A program made the position numbers and the translations under genes. From the UHGV virus genome UHGV-0351052: a stretch of DNA of 64,000 bases; one strand, given 5' to 3'. The notes under the pieces were generated by a model. That model was not told the DNA's origin, did not search any database, and saw nothing but the letters and a program-made list of their open reading frames with translations. Below, piece after piece: positions 30,140 to 41,172 of the stretch; position 1 is the stretch's first letter; the number at the start of each line of letters is the position of its first letter. The stretch comes from a virus.

Positions 30140-30195
30140 GTTATCGAGTTGGTGCCATTATATACATCATTTTCTGATTGTGTTTTGTGTGCTTT

Positions 30196-30222
30196 CAAAA
30201 TGAAGAAAGGGGCCGAAGCCCC
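30196..30222 (-). terminator. Terminator-like hairpin downstream of hoc (minus strand)
   Basis: GGGGC-UUCG-GCCCC on minus strand followed by T-rich tract. Confidence 0.55.
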
Positions 30223-30228
30223 TTATGA

Positions 30229-31359
30229 TTATGGATAGGTATAGATGATACCAGTTTCTAAAGCAGTTTTATGGATGATGTATCCATTACGCGATTCTTG
30301 GACATCAACTTCTGGATAATCTTTCATCATCTTCTGAAGAGTGTAACGATGCAAGTAGTACTTACTATCTGGATCGTCAGTTTTCCAATCTTTACCTTCT
30401 TCGGTCATTTTTTGGATTTCATCCATAACCCACCAACCGCACCAGATGTAAGCTGAAGTACGATGTGGAAGAGGATGGACATAAGGCAATTCACCTTCTG
30501 GTTCTGGAGCAACTTTATCAGTCACTTGAACTTGACCTGTTGTTTTAACTGTTTTGCTATCATAATCAGTTGCTGTAACGACAGCAGTAACTTCAATAGT
30601 TTGACTTCCAACAGATGAGGTATCAACGGTATATACATTAGTTGACCCTTCTACAGGAGAAGAATCTTTCTTCCATGAATAAGTAATTTGCGCTTCTTCT
30701 GGAGCATCAGTAACATTAGCGGTAAATGTAGCCGAAGCATCTTTCTGAACGTTAATAGAAGGAGGAGTCAATGTAACCTGTGGATTCATTGTCTTCTTAT
30801 TAACCGTTAATGACACTTCATTAGAAGTAACGCTTAGTGCATCATAATCTGTCGCGGTTACTTGAGCTACACACTTGATTTTTTTAACTCCGCTTGTAGT
30901 AGGAGTGTAATTGAATGTAGCGCTAGTCGCTTCGCTCACAGGAGAACCGTCAACGTACCATTGATACGTAGCAGATGCGCCCGATGGCTGCGAAGCTAAG
31001 GCAGCAGTAAATTCAACGGCTGTTCCGATTACTCCTTCTGGAGGACTATTAGGAGTTACAGCTAAGGTAGTTGTCTGTGTCTTATTTTGAACTGTGATAG
31101 TTGTACTAATTTCAGCTGTTTCAGCTTCAGAATCAGGAATAGTATTTGTTGCAACTACCTTAATAGTTTTTTGACCAGCAGGTCCTTTTAATACATAATC
31201 AAAAGTTGCTGCTGATCCTTCTTGGGGAGCATTATCTACGCTCCAAGCATAGGTAATAGTTCCACCTCCAGTTTCACCACTGGGTGTAGCAGTAAACTGC
31301 TTGGTTTCATCAATAACCCCTGTTGGTGTTTTAGGAGTTATATCAACTGTAAAAGCCAT
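30229..31359 (-). CDS. hoc: Highly immunogenic outer capsid protein Hoc (tandem Ig-like domains)
   Basis: 376 aa with repeated T/S/V-rich beta-sandwich-like segments; size and position match T4 Hoc. Confidence 0.9.
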   Translation of the reverse strand: MAFTVDITPKTPTGVIDETKQFTATPSGETGGGTITYAWSVDNAPQEGSAATFDYVLKGPAGQKTIKVVATNTIPDSEAETAEISTTITVQNKTQTTTLAVTPNSPPEGVIGTAVEFTAALASQPSGASATYQWYVDGSPVSEATSATFNYTPTTSGVKKIKCVAQVTATDYDALSVTSNEVSLTVNKKTMNPQVTLTPPSINVQKDASATFTANVTDAPEEAQITYSWKKDSSPVEGSTNVYTVDTSSVGSQTIEVTAVVTATDYDSKTVKTTGQVQVTDKVAPEPEGELPYVHPLPHRTSAYIWCGWWVMDEIQKMTEEGKDWKTDDPDSKYYLHRYTLQKMMKDYPEVDVQESRNGYIIHKTALETGIIYTYP

Positions 31360-31368
31360 AAGTTATCC

Positions 31369-32049
31369 TTATTTTAATGTTACGAAAGAAGAATTGCGTG
31401 TTTCACGAATTAGAACTGATCCATCACGATTAATGTAGTAAATTAAGCTAAATAAAGTTTGGTGTGCCGACGCGTGTTCAAAACTAGTTGGGTGAGATTT
31501 CCAATCCGGAGTTTCAGCGATCCATTGATAAATCCACCAAGGAACAGTACAGAATCCTGGATTTTTTCCAATCAGCTGAAGATTTGGACTAAAGTTTTCC
31601 GGAAGAGTAAATACAGACGGCTTTTCAGATTCAATAATCTCAGCTACAGCCTGTTCAAATTTTTCTTCAACAAAAGGAGTATCTTCAATCAAAACATCGG
31701 TATTTTCAGGAATTTTATCCATTTCTACTACTTCAATTTTAATGTCAGATTTAACCGGAGAATCAATCAGAAGTGCTGCTTCTGGATTGACTTCTTCATC
31801 GTCATATTTTAATCCCTCTGCGGCATCAGCAGCATCAATTAAGTCTTTAATAGATAACCCATCAGTCTCTGGCATAGGTTCACTAGCGAGCTTCTGGAGG
31901 GCTTCTTCAATATCAGCAACGATATTATCAAAAGATTTATTCTTTTTGACCTTTATACCAAACTGTTCAGCGTATTCAGCTAATTTAGCTTTAGCTTCTT
32001 TGTTATCATCAAGAGCCTTCAGCTCTGCAATATAATCTTTATCTATCAT
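31369..32049 (-). CDS. inh: Inhibitor of prohead protease Inh
   Basis: 226 aa; position next to hoc as in T4. Confidence 0.8.
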   Translation of the reverse strand: MIDKDYIAELKALDDNKEAKAKLAEYAEQFGIKVKKNKSFDNIVADIEEALQKLASEPMPETDGLSIKDLIDAADAAEGLKYDDEEVNPEAALLIDSPVKSDIKIEVVEMDKIPENTDVLIEDTPFVEEKFEQAVAEIIESEKPSVFTLPENFSPNLQLIGKNPGFCTVPWWIYQWIAETPDWKSHPTSFEHASAHQTLFSLIYYINRDGSVLIRETRNSSFVTLK

Positions 32050-32099
32050 AATATTTCCTCAGTATAAATATAGATATATTTATTACATGGTATTTAGAC

Positions 32100-33611
32100 A
32101 TGACTGACATTAAAGTACATTTTTATGATTTTAGTCACGTGAGAATTGATTGTGAAGAAAGTACATTTCATGAACTCCGTGATTTCTTTAGCTTTGAAGC
32201 TGATGGGTATCGTTTTAATCCGAAATACAGATATGGCCACTGGGATGGACGAATCCGTCTTTTAGATTATAATCGTCTTCTTCCATTCGGCTTAGTCGGG
32301 CAAATTAAAAAGTTCTGTGATAACTTTGGCTATAAAGCCTGGATTGACCCACAAATTAACGAAAAAGAAGAATTATCAAGAAAAGATTTTGATGAATGGC
32401 TTTCTAAGTTAGAAATCTATTCAGGAAATAAAAGAATTGAACCACACTGGTATCAAAAAGATGCAGTGTTCGAAGGATTAGTTAATCGTCGTAGAATTCT
32501 TAATCTTCCAACATCCGCTGGTAAATCGTTAATTCAAGCTTTGCTTGCGCGATATTATTTGGAAAATTATGAAGGTAAAATTCTTATCATTGTTCCAACA
32601 ACTGCTCTGACAACTCAGATGGCTGATGACTTTGTTGACTATCGTTTATTCAGTCATGCAATGATAAAGAAAATCGGTGGCGGAGCATCAAAAGATGATA
32701 AATATAAAAATGATGCACCAGTCGTTGTTGGTACATGGCAAACTGTAGTTAAACAACCGAAAGAATGGTTCTCACAGTTTGGAATGATGATGAATGATGA
32801 ATGTCATCTTGCTACAGGAAAAAGTATTTCATCTATCATATCAGGTTTAAATAACTGCATGTTTAAATTTGGTTTGTCTGGTTCATTACGTGATGGCAAA
32901 GCTAATATCATGCAGTATGTTGGAATGTTCGGTGAAATATTTAAGCCAGTAACGACTTCTAAATTAATGGAAGATGGACAAGTAACTGAGCTAAAAATTA
33001 ATAGTATTTTTCTTCGCTATCCAGATGAGTTCACTACTAAATTAAAGGGAAAAACTTATCAAGAAGAAATAAAAATTATTACTGGGCTCAGTAAAAGAAA
33101 TAAATGGATCGCTAAATTAGCTATTAAGCTTGCGCAAAAAGATGAAAACGCTTTTGTCATGTTTAAACATGTATCGCATGGTAAAGCTATTTTCGATTTA
33201 ATTAAAAATGAATACGATAAAGTTTATTACGTATCAGGGGAAGTTGATACCGAAACCCGCAACGTAATGAAAACCTTAGCTGAAAATGGTAAAGGAATAA
33301 TTATAGTAGCGAGTTATGGTGTATTTTCTACTGGTATTTCAGTTAAAAATCTGCATCATGTTGTTTTAGCGCACGGCGTTAAATCAAAAATCATTGTATT
33401 ACAAACAATCGGTCGTGTATTACGTAAGCATGGTTCTAAAACAGTCGCAACAGTCTGGGACCTCATAGATGATTGTGGCGTTAAGCCAAAATCTGCTAAT
33501 ACGAAAAAGAAATATGTCCATTTGAACTATCTTTTAAAACACGGCATTGATCGTATTCAGCGCTACGCAGATGAAAAATTTAATTACGTAATGAAAACAG
33601 TTAATTTATAA
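32100..33611 (+). CDS. uvsW: UvsW RNA-DNA / DNA helicase
   Basis: 503 aa with Walker A-like PTSAGKS and DECH box (MMNDECHL). Confidence 0.95.
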   Translation: MTDIKVHFYDFSHVRIDCEESTFHELRDFFSFEADGYRFNPKYRYGHWDGRIRLLDYNRLLPFGLVGQIKKFCDNFGYKAWIDPQINEKEELSRKDFDEWLSKLEIYSGNKRIEPHWYQKDAVFEGLVNRRRILNLPTSAGKSLIQALLARYYLENYEGKILIIVPTTALTTQMADDFVDYRLFSHAMIKKIGGGASKDDKYKNDAPVVVGTWQTVVKQPKEWFSQFGMMMNDECHLATGKSISSIISGLNNCMFKFGLSGSLRDGKANIMQYVGMFGEIFKPVTTSKLMEDGQVTELKINSIFLRYPDEFTTKLKGKTYQEEIKIITGLSKRNKWIAKLAIKLAQKDENAFVMFKHVSHGKAIFDLIKNEYDKVYYVSGEVDTETRNVMKTLAENGKGIIIVASYGVFSTGISVKNLHHVVLAHGVKSKIIVLQTIGRVLRKHGSKTVATVWDLIDDCGVKPKSANTKKKYVHLNYLLKHGIDRIQRYADEKFNYVMKTVNL

Positions 33612-33624
33612 GGGCTTCGGCCCT

Positions 33625-33867
33625 TTGGAGAAAAAGATGTTACTAGGATTTAAACAATTTCTTTATGAAGCTTCTATTGATGAATTTATGGGTAAAATTG
33701 CCTCTTGCCAAACATTAGAAGGTCTAGAAGAACTTGAAGCTTATTATAAGAAAAGAGTCAAAGAAACTGAATTAAAAGATACTGATGACATCTCTGTGAG
33801 AGATGCTTTGGCAGGAAAAAGAGCTGAATTAGAAGATTCAGACGATGAAGTAGAAGAAAGCTTTTAA
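33625..33867 (+). CDS. uvsW.1: UvsW.1 small acidic helical protein
   Basis: 80-aa ORF immediately downstream of uvsW. Confidence 0.75.
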   Translation: MEKKMLLGFKQFLYEASIDEFMGKIASCQTLEGLEELEAYYKKRVKETELKDTDDISVRDALAGKRAELEDSDDEVEESF

Positions 33868-33922
33868 ATTAAAAAAGGCCCAACCAAAAAGGAAGGGCCA
33901 AAACTATAGACTAAAGGTCACA

Positions 33923-34090
33923 CTATAGCAAAAGTTGTGTTTCATTTAATTGTTCTTCCGAACTTTCTGAAACTGGTAGTTCTTTAATGTAATTATAGCA
34001 AGGCCCAGGATGTACAGGACCTTTGTCTGTTTCAACAACCAATGCAGAATCGATTGGAGTTTTACAGACAACACAAATCTTATCTGACAT
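33923..34090 (-). CDS. Small Cys-containing ORF (55 aa), not in the supplied ORF track
   Basis: Minus-strand ATG at 34088-34090 preceded by GAGGAG; translation MSDKICVVCKTPIDSALVVETDKGPVHPGPCYNYIKELPVSESSEEQLNETQLLL; followed by hairpin plus T-run on minus strand. Confidence 0.5.
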   Translation of the reverse strand: MSDKICVVCKTPIDSALVVETDKGPVHPGPCYNYIKELPVSESSEEQLNETQLLL

Positions 34091-34118
34091 GATTGTCTCC
34101 TCTGAATTATATATCTAT

Positions 34119-34343
34119 TTATACAACTCTCATATGCATATCAATGCCCATATCTTTAGAATAAAAATATTCATCAAGATATCCAGCAAATTTTCCTTTA
34201 ACATAAAGTACATCTTCACCGCATGGGTGGTCGGCCAGGATACGAATATCCTGACGCTTGAGATTATACTTTTTCATTAAGAATTGAATTTCCGTTTCGA
34301 ATTCTTCTTCATAATTAAAAGCATCATCAATGCTATATCTCAT
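34119..34343 (-). CDS. Hypothetical small protein upstream-map neighbour of uvsY
   Basis: 74-aa ORF whose start overlaps the uvsY stop. Confidence 0.65.
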   Translation of the reverse strand: MRYSIDDAFNYEEEFETEIQFLMKKYNLKRQDIRILADHPCGEDVLYVKGKFAGYLDEYFYSKDMGIDMHMRVV

Positions 34344-34756
34344 TATTTTCCAGCCTCAAATGCTCGCATGTCTTGAATATGCTTAATGGCAAATCCACGT
34401 GATTTAATAGCATCAAGAGCTCCGCTACAGAAATCCAATAAAATCCCCCAATACTGTAACGAGGTATCAACCTTTAAAACATCCTTATCAGCTGATAGAA
34501 CTGTCTTCATTTCTGATTTCTCGTAACGATCCATACTAAATTCATCACCATCTCCTCGTCCCGAGTAGTAGTCTAATCTAGCTTTAAGAGCAACTTTTTT
34601 CTGTGCGTCAATTCTAAGCATTTCCTTTTTAATACTTGAATGCTTATTAAGCCATTTACTATATAACATCACATTATTAGCTGCTTCATACTGTAATTTA
34701 GTCGAATCTATAAACACATCTTTCTTCAATTCTTCTTGAAGATCTTCTAATCTCAT
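34343..34756 (-). CDS. uvsY: Recombination mediator UvsY
   Basis: 137 aa; size/position match T4 UvsY. Confidence 0.9.
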   Translation of the reverse strand: MRLEDLQEELKKDVFIDSTKLQYEAANNVMLYSKWLNKHSSIKKEMLRIDAQKKVALKARLDYYSGRGDGDEFSMDRYEKSEMKTVLSADKDVLKVDTSLQYWGILLDFCSGALDAIKSRGFAIKHIQDMRAFEAGK

Positions 34757-34822
34757 ATTGTTCTCTATTCAATTGTTATTGGATGGACTTAGATTCATTA
34801 TACCACGTTTTAACGTGAAGCA

Positions 34823-35221
34823 TTATACCCTATTACTCGAAGCCAGTTGCAGTTTTATCTGCTCAATATCATCAGGGTTATCGATGACCGAAAAGCGTAT
34901 TTCTACTATCAGAGTATAATCATCATAAACTGGTATCACATTAACTGATAATTTATCAATACGTGGCTCATAGTTTCTTACTGCGCTTTCAATATTGCGC
35001 TCAACTGTGTCAGCAGTAAGAGGAGTCATATTTTCAAAAAGCTGGTCTGATAAATCACATCCAAATTCAGGGTCAAACGGTCTTGAACCTTTTCTTGTTG
35101 TAATAATTCCCAAAAGACTGTTTTTAATTGACCTTAATCCAAGTGATCTGGAAACATCTTTGTTCCAATCCATTTTCATTTCCGGGTCAATATCAGAATA
35201 AAGCTTATTAATATTTGCCAT
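34823..35221 (-). CDS. 25: Baseplate wedge protein gp25
   Basis: 132 aa; size/position match T4 gp25. Confidence 0.9.
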   Translation of the reverse strand: MANINKLYSDIDPEMKMDWNKDVSRSLGLRSIKNSLLGIITTRKGSRPFDPEFGCDLSDQLFENMTPLTADTVERNIESAVRNYEPRIDKLSVNVIPVYDDYTLIVEIRFSVIDNPDDIEQIKLQLASSNRV

Positions 35222-35847
35222 TATAGTAACTCAAAGAACTCTTTGAGGCCTCTTATTACATGAGCATGGGTTTTTCCACACTCTGGACATTTAATTGGAA
35301 CAGCCAAATAAACGGTAGGTTTTAAAAGCATATCTTTTATAGCTACAATATCTGACTCTGTGATGATAGAATATAAATCTTCTAGTTCCTTTTCATTTAA
35401 GTCTTCAACTGGAATGCTTTCCCCGTTAGCATGAATCGTTTCTATGCATGATACTATCATGTGGGCTATATTTTTATCATCAAAAATTTTAGGGTATCGG
35501 AATTTAATTTTAATGTCACCCAGTGTATACCAGAGGTCTTCTGGTGCATCTATTTGTGTATGTAATAGATTTATATGGGTTGGTATTTCAGTTCCACAGG
35601 TGCACTTCCAGGAGTTTTCGTGATTAACTTCGCCGAGAGAATGTGCCCATAAATGAATCAGCAGTAGTTCTGATTCTTGGCGGTTTAAATCTTTTGCATT
35701 TGTGCAGTCTTTGATTAGCTTTTTAACAATTACTTCTACAGAACCATTATTTTTGGCAGTAATAAGTTCTAGATATTCTTTAAGCGTGAATGCGCGACAA
35801 TTGATTATTTTAGAACCAACTCTCACATCAAATTTGTATTCATACAT
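35221..35847 (-). CDS. 26: Baseplate hub subunit gp26
   Basis: 208 aa; overlaps gp25 start; order as in T4. Confidence 0.85.
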   Translation of the reverse strand: MYEYKFDVRVGSKIINCRAFTLKEYLELITAKNNGSVEVIVKKLIKDCTNAKDLNRQESELLLIHLWAHSLGEVNHENSWKCTCGTEIPTHINLLHTQIDAPEDLWYTLGDIKIKFRYPKIFDDKNIAHMIVSCIETIHANGESIPVEDLNEKELEDLYSIITESDIVAIKDMLLKPTVYLAVPIKCPECGKTHAHVIRGLKEFFELL

Positions 35848-35868
35848 ATTTAGCTCCTTTATTTATCA

Positions 35869-35880
35869 TATTTATAAATA
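35869..35880. promoter_or_regulatory. Divergent overlapping late promoter boxes (TATAAATA on each strand) between gp26 and gp51
   Basis: Plus strand TATAAATA at 35873-35880; minus strand TATAAATA as complement of 35869-35876. Confidence 0.6.
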
Positions 35881-35897
35881 GAATAAAAGGAGCATCT

Positions 35898-36647
35898 ATG
35901 GCAAACATTATTCGTTGTAAATTACCAGATGGTGTTCATCGTTTTAAACCATTTACGGTAGAAGATTATCGAGATTTTTTGTTAGTTCGAAACGATATAG
36001 AACATCGGTCACCACAAGAACAAAAAGAAATAATTACTGATTTAATTGATGATTATTTTGGAGACTATCCGAAGACTTGGCAACCATTTATATTTTTGCA
36101 GGTATTTGTAGGGTCAATAGGTAAAACTAAAGTACCGGTCACATTTGTATGTCCAAAATGTAAAAAAGAAAAGACAGTTCCATTTGAAATATATCAAAAA
36201 GAATTAAAGGAACCTGTTTTTGATGTAGCTAATGTTAAAATTAAATTAAAGTTTCCTTCTGAGTTTTATGAAAATAAAGCAAAGATGATTACTGAAAATA
36301 TTCATTCTGTTCAAGTAGATGAAACTTGGTATGATTGGAAGGAAATTAGTGAATCAAGCCAAATAGAACTTGTTGATGCCATCGAGATAGAAACATTAGA
36401 AAAAATTCTCGATGCAATGAATCCTATTAATTTAACTCTACATATGTCATGCTGTAATAAGTACATTAAAAAATACACTGATATAGTAGACGTGTTTAAG
36501 CTATTAGTTAACCCAGATGAGATATTTACTTTTTATCAAATTAATCACACACTCGTAAAAAGTAATTATAGCTTAAATTCAATAATGAAAATGATTCCTG
36601 CTGAACGTGGATTCGTATTAAAACTGATTGAGAAGGATAAACAATAA
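35898..36647 (+). CDS. 51: Baseplate hub assembly catalyst gp51
   Basis: 249 aa; order as in T4. Confidence 0.85.
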   Translation: MANIIRCKLPDGVHRFKPFTVEDYRDFLLVRNDIEHRSPQEQKEIITDLIDDYFGDYPKTWQPFIFLQVFVGSIGKTKVPVTFVCPKCKKEKTVPFEIYQKELKEPVFDVANVKIKLKFPSEFYENKAKMITENIHSVQVDETWYDWKEISESSQIELVDAIEIETLEKILDAMNPINLTLHMSCCNKYIKKYTDIVDVFKLLVNPDEIFTFYQINHTLVKSNYSLNSIMKMIPAERGFVLKLIEKDKQ

Positions 36648-37822
36648 TGAGTATGTTGCAACGCCCCGGATATCCAAATCTCAGCGTTAAATTATTTGAT
36701 AGCTACGACGCTTGGAGTAATAATAGATTTGTTGAATTAGCTGCTACTATTACCACATTAACTATGCGGGATTCTCTTTATGGACGAAATGAAGGAATGC
36801 TGCAGTTTTATGATTCTAAAAACATCCATACAAAAATGGATGGAAATGAAATAATTCAGATTTCTGTAGCTAATGCAAATGATATTAATAATGTTAAAAC
36901 ACGAATTTATGGATGTAAGCATTTTTCCGTGTCAGTAGATTCAAAAGGTGATAACATCATTGCTATTGAATTGGGAACTATTCATTCTATAGAAAATCTT
37001 AAATTTGGTAGACCATTTTTCCCTGATGCAGGTGAATCTATAAAAGAAATGCTTGGTGTCATTTATCAGGATCGCACATTATTAACTCCAGCAATAAATG
37101 CTATAAATGCTTATGTTCCTGATATTCCATGGACTAGCACATTTGAAAACTATTTGTCATATGTAAGAGAAGTTGCTCTAGCTGTAGGAAGCGACAAATT
37201 TGTATTTGTGTGGCAAGACATCATGGGAGTTAACATGATGGACTATGATATGATGATAAATCAAGAACCATATCCAATGATTGTCGGTGAGCCATCTTTA
37301 ATAGGTCAATTCATCCAAGAATTAAAATATCCATTAGCATATGATTTTGTTTGGTTGACTAAATCGAATCCTCACAAACGTGACCCAATGAAAAATGCTA
37401 CTATCTATGCTCATTCATTTTTAGATTCTTCATTGCCAATGATTACTACAGGAAAGGGCGAAAACTCTATTGTAGTGTCAAGGTCAGGTGCTTATTCTGA
37501 AATGACTTATAGGAATGGATATGAAGAAGCTATTCGTCTTCAAACTATGGCACAATATGACGGTTATGCTAAATGTTCTACTGTCGGTAATTTTAACTTG
37601 ACTCCTGGTGTTAAAATTATTTTTAATGATAGTAAAAACCAATTTAAAACAGAATTTTACGTTGATGAAGTTATCCATGAATTATCCAATAATAATTCAG
37701 TAACTCATCTATATATGTTCACTAATGCAACGAAACTGGAAACAATAGACCCAGTTAAGGTTAAAAATGAATTTAAATCTGATACTACCACTGAAGAAAG
37801 TAGTTCTTCCAATAAGCAATAA
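36647..37822 (+). CDS. 27: Baseplate hub subunit gp27
   Basis: 391 aa; order/size as in T4. Confidence 0.9.
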   Translation: MSMLQRPGYPNLSVKLFDSYDAWSNNRFVELAATITTLTMRDSLYGRNEGMLQFYDSKNIHTKMDGNEIIQISVANANDINNVKTRIYGCKHFSVSVDSKGDNIIAIELGTIHSIENLKFGRPFFPDAGESIKEMLGVIYQDRTLLTPAINAINAYVPDIPWTSTFENYLSYVREVALAVGSDKFVFVWQDIMGVNMMDYDMMINQEPYPMIVGEPSLIGQFIQELKYPLAYDFVWLTKSNPHKRDPMKNATIYAHSFLDSSLPMITTGKGENSIVVSRSGAYSEMTYRNGYEEAIRLQTMAQYDGYAKCSTVGNFNLTPGVKIIFNDSKNQFKTEFYVDEVIHELSNNNSVTHLYMFTNATKLETIDPVKVKNEFKSDTTTEESSSSNKQ

Positions 37823-38300
37823 AGAAGTTTCTATTCCTAAAATGGGTCTTAAACATTATAACATTTTAAAGGATGTTAAAGGTCCTGATGAAAATTTAAA
37901 ACTTCTTATTGATTCTATTTGTCCGAATTTATCACCAGCAGAAGTTGATTTCGTTTCTATTCATTTATTGGAATTTAATGGAAAGATTAAATCTCGTAAA
38001 GAAATAGATGGCTATACTTATGACATTAACGATGTTTATGTATGCCAAAGATTAGAATTTCAATACCAAGGAAATACATTTTATTTTAGACCTCCTGGAA
38101 AATTTGAACAATTTTTAACAGTGAGCGATATGTTATCTAAATGCTTGCTTAAGGTCAACGATGAAGTTAAAGAAATTAATTTTCTTGAGATGCCAGCATT
38201 CGTTTTAAAATGGGCAAATGATATTTTTACAACTTTAGCAATTCCTGGCCCTAATGGTCCAATAACTGGAATTGGCAATATTATTGGATTATTTGAATGA
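37767..38300 (+). CDS. 28: Baseplate hub distal subunit gp28
   Basis: 177 aa; overlaps gp27 end by 56 nt in another frame. Confidence 0.8.
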   Translation: MNLNLILPLKKVVLPISNKEVSIPKMGLKHYNILKDVKGPDENLKLLIDSICPNLSPAEVDFVSIHLLEFNGKIKSRKEIDGYTYDINDVYVCQRLEFQYQGNTFYFRPPGKFEQFLTVSDMLSKCLLKVNDEVKEINFLEMPAFVLKWANDIFTTLAIPGPNGPITGIGNIIGLFE

Positions 38301-40069
38301 AAAAGCCACAAGAAATGCAAACGATGCGTAGAAAAGTTATTTCAGATAATAAACCAACACAGGAAGCGGCTAAATCCGCTTCCAACACTTTATCTGGACT
38401 TAATGATATATCTACGAAATTGGATGATGCTCAAGCTGCTTCTGAATTAATTGCTCAAACTGTCGAAGAAAAATCGAATGAAATAGTTGGAGCAATTGGT
38501 AACGTAGAAAGCGCAGTGAGTGATACTACTGCCGGTTCTGAGTTAATTGCTGAAACTGTCGAAATTGGCAATAATATTAATAAAGAAATCGGTGAATCAC
38601 TCGGAAGCAAATTAGATAAATTAACGAGTTTATTAGAACAAAAAATTCAGACAGCTGGAATTCAACAAACAGGAACCAGTTTAGCCACAGTTGAAAGCGC
38701 TATTCCTGTTAAAGTCGTTGAGGATGATACTGCTGAATCTGTGGGTCCTTTATTACCGGCTCCCAAAGCAGTTAATAATGATCCTGACGCTGATTTTTTC
38801 CCTACCCCTCAGCCAGTTGAACCCAAACAAGAATCACCAGAAGAAAAACAGAAAAAAGAAGCATTTAACTTAAAATTATCTCAAGCTTTAGATAAATTAA
38901 CAAAGACTGTTGATTTTGGATTTAAGAAATCCATTTCAATTAGTGATAAAATATCAAGCATGCTATTTAAGTACACCGTCAGTGCTGCTATTGAAGCCGC
39001 TAAAATGACTGCAATGATATTGGCTGTTGTTGTTGGAATAGATCTTCTGATGGTTCACTTTAAATATTGGTCAGATAAATTTTCGCAGGCTTGGGATTTG
39101 TTTAATACTGACTTTACTAAATTCTCTAGCGAAACCGGAACATGGGGTCCTTTATTACAGAGCATCTTTAGTTCTATTGATGAAATTAAAAAGTTCTGGG
39201 AAGCAGGAGATTGGGGTGGATTAACAGTAGCTATTGTTGAAGGGCTTGGAAAGGTTCTTTTTAATTTAGGAGAGCTTATTCAATTAGGTATGGCTAAATT
39301 ATCTGCGGCAATTCTTCGAGTTATTCCTGGCATGAAGGATACTGCTGATGAAGTAGAAGGAAGAGCATTAGAAAATTTCCAAAATTCTACTGGAGCATCT
39401 CTCAATAAAGAAGACCAAGAAAAAGTAGCAAATTATCAAGATAAACGAATGAATGACGATCTTGGTCCAATAGCAAAAGGATTAGATAAAATTGCTAATT
39501 GGAAAACCCGTGCATCTAACTGGATTCGTGGTGTTGATAATAAAGAAGCATTGACAACCGATGAAGAACGCGCAGCAGAAGAAGAAAAATTAAAGCAACT
39601 TTCACCAGAAGAAAGAAAAAACGCTTTAATGAAGGCTAATGAAGCTCGTGCTGCGATGATTCGTTTTGAAAAATATGCCGATTCAGCTGATATGAGTAAA
39701 GACTCAACAGTTAAATCAATTGAAGCCGCTCATGAAGACCTTAAAAAACGGATGAATGACCCGGATTTAAATAATTCACCTGCAGTTAAAAAGGAGCTTG
39801 CTTCTAGATTTGCTAAAATTGATGCTACTTATCAAGAGCTTAAGAAAAATCAACCTGAGGCCAAACCTGAAACTTCTGCTAAATCGCCAGAAGCAAAACA
39901 AGTCCAGGTAATAGAAAAGAACAAAGCGCAACAAGCTCCTGTTCAACAAGCATCTCCTTCAATCAATAATACTAATAATGTTATTAAGAAAAATACTGTC
40001 GTTCATAATATGACACCTGTTACGAGTACAACTGCTCCTGGTGTATTTGGCGCGACTGGAGTTAATTAA
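38297..40069 (+). CDS. 29: Tail length tape-measure / baseplate hub protein gp29
   Basis: 590 aa, helical and Ala/Lys/Glu-rich; order as in T4. Confidence 0.9.
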   Translation: MKKPQEMQTMRRKVISDNKPTQEAAKSASNTLSGLNDISTKLDDAQAASELIAQTVEEKSNEIVGAIGNVESAVSDTTAGSELIAETVEIGNNINKEIGESLGSKLDKLTSLLEQKIQTAGIQQTGTSLATVESAIPVKVVEDDTAESVGPLLPAPKAVNNDPDADFFPTPQPVEPKQESPEEKQKKEAFNLKLSQALDKLTKTVDFGFKKSISISDKISSMLFKYTVSAAIEAAKMTAMILAVVVGIDLLMVHFKYWSDKFSQAWDLFNTDFTKFSSETGTWGPLLQSIFSSIDEIKKFWEAGDWGGLTVAIVEGLGKVLFNLGELIQLGMAKLSAAILRVIPGMKDTADEVEGRALENFQNSTGASLNKEDQEKVANYQDKRMNDDLGPIAKGLDKIANWKTRASNWIRGVDNKEALTTDEERAAEEEKLKQLSPEERKNALMKANEARAAMIRFEKYADSADMSKDSTVKSIEAAHEDLKKRMNDPDLNNSPAVKKELASRFAKIDATYQELKKNQPEAKPETSAKSPEAKQVQVIEKNKAQQAPVQQASPSINNTNNVIKKNTVVHNMTPVTSTTAPGVFGATGVN

Positions 40070-40077
40070 GGAATAAT

Positions 40078-41172
40078 ATGGCAATTGTTAAAGAAATAAC
40101 TGCTGATTTAATTAAAAAGTCTGGCGAGACAATTTCAGCTGGACAGAGTACTAAATCAGAAGTAGGAACTAAAACATACACAGCCCAGTTTCCAACTGGG
40201 CGTGCTAGTGGGAATGACACTACAGGGGACTTCCAGGTAACAGATCTATATAAGAATGGATTATTATTTACTGCATACAATATGTCATCTAGGGATTCTG
40301 GAAGTCTCAGAACGATGAGATCTAACTACTCTTCTTCATCTTCTAGTATTTTACGTACAGCCAGAAACACTATCAGTAATACAGTATCAAAACTGTCAAA
40401 TGGATTAATATCAGATAATAATTCAGGAACAATAAGTAAAGTTCCTGTTGCAAATATTCTTTTACCGAGATCTAAATCCGATGTTGATACATCATCACAT
40501 AGATTTAACGATGTTCAAGATAGTCTTATTACAAAAGGTGGAGGTACTGCTACTGGTGTGTTAAGCAATATGGCTTCAACTGCAGTATTTGGAGCACTGG
40601 AAAGTATAACACAAGGTATAATGGCTGATAATAATGAACAGATTTATACGACAGCCAGAAGTATGTATGGTGGTGCTGAGAATAGAACTAAAGTGTTCAC
40701 TTGGGATTTGACTCCGCGTTCCACGGAAGATTTAATGGCTATTATTAATATCTATCAATATTTTAACTATTTTTCTTATGGTGAAACGGGTAAATCTCAA
40801 TATGCTGCTGAAATAAAAGGATATCTAGATGAGTGGTATCGCTCTACTTTTATTGAGCCATTAACTCCAGAAGATGCAGTTAAAAATAAGACGTTATTTG
40901 AGAAAATGACATCGAGTTTAACTAACGTTCTTGTAGTTTCAAACCCGACAATTTGGATGGTTAAAAACTTTGGCGCAACTTCTAAATTTGACGGAAAAAC
41001 AGAAGTGTTTGGACCGTGTCAAATTCAAAGTATTAGATTTGATAAAACTCCGAATGGTAATTTTAACGGATTAGCTATTGCTCCTAACCTTCCAAGTTCT
41101 TTTACACTCGAGATTACTATGAGAGAGATTATCACGTTAAACCGTGCTTCTTTATATACGGGGACTTTCTAA
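40078..41172 (+). CDS. 48: Baseplate-tail tube junction protein gp48
   Basis: 364 aa; order/size as in T4. Confidence 0.9.
   Translation: MAIVKEITADLIKKSGETISAGQSTKSEVGTKTYTAQFPTGRASGNDTTGDFQVTDLYKNGLLFTAYNMSSRDSGSLRTMRSNYSSSSSSILRTARNTISNTVSKLSNGLISDNNSGTISKVPVANILLPRSKSDVDTSSHRFNDVQDSLITKGGGTATGVLSNMASTAVFGALESITQGIMADNNEQIYTTARSMYGGAENRTKVFTWDLTPRSTEDLMAIINIYQYFNYFSYGETGKSQYAAEIKGYLDEWYRSTFIEPLTPEDAVKNKTLFEKMTSSLTNVLVVSNPTIWMVKNFGATSKFDGKTEVFGPCQIQSIRFDKTPNGNFNGLAIAPNLPSSFTLEITMREIITLNRASLYTGTF

Noticed and set aside
34023-34280. Plus-strand 85-aa ORF between uvsW.1 and uvsY
   Set aside because: Low-complexity I/F/K-rich product; overlaps better-supported minus-strand small ORFs with SD sequences.
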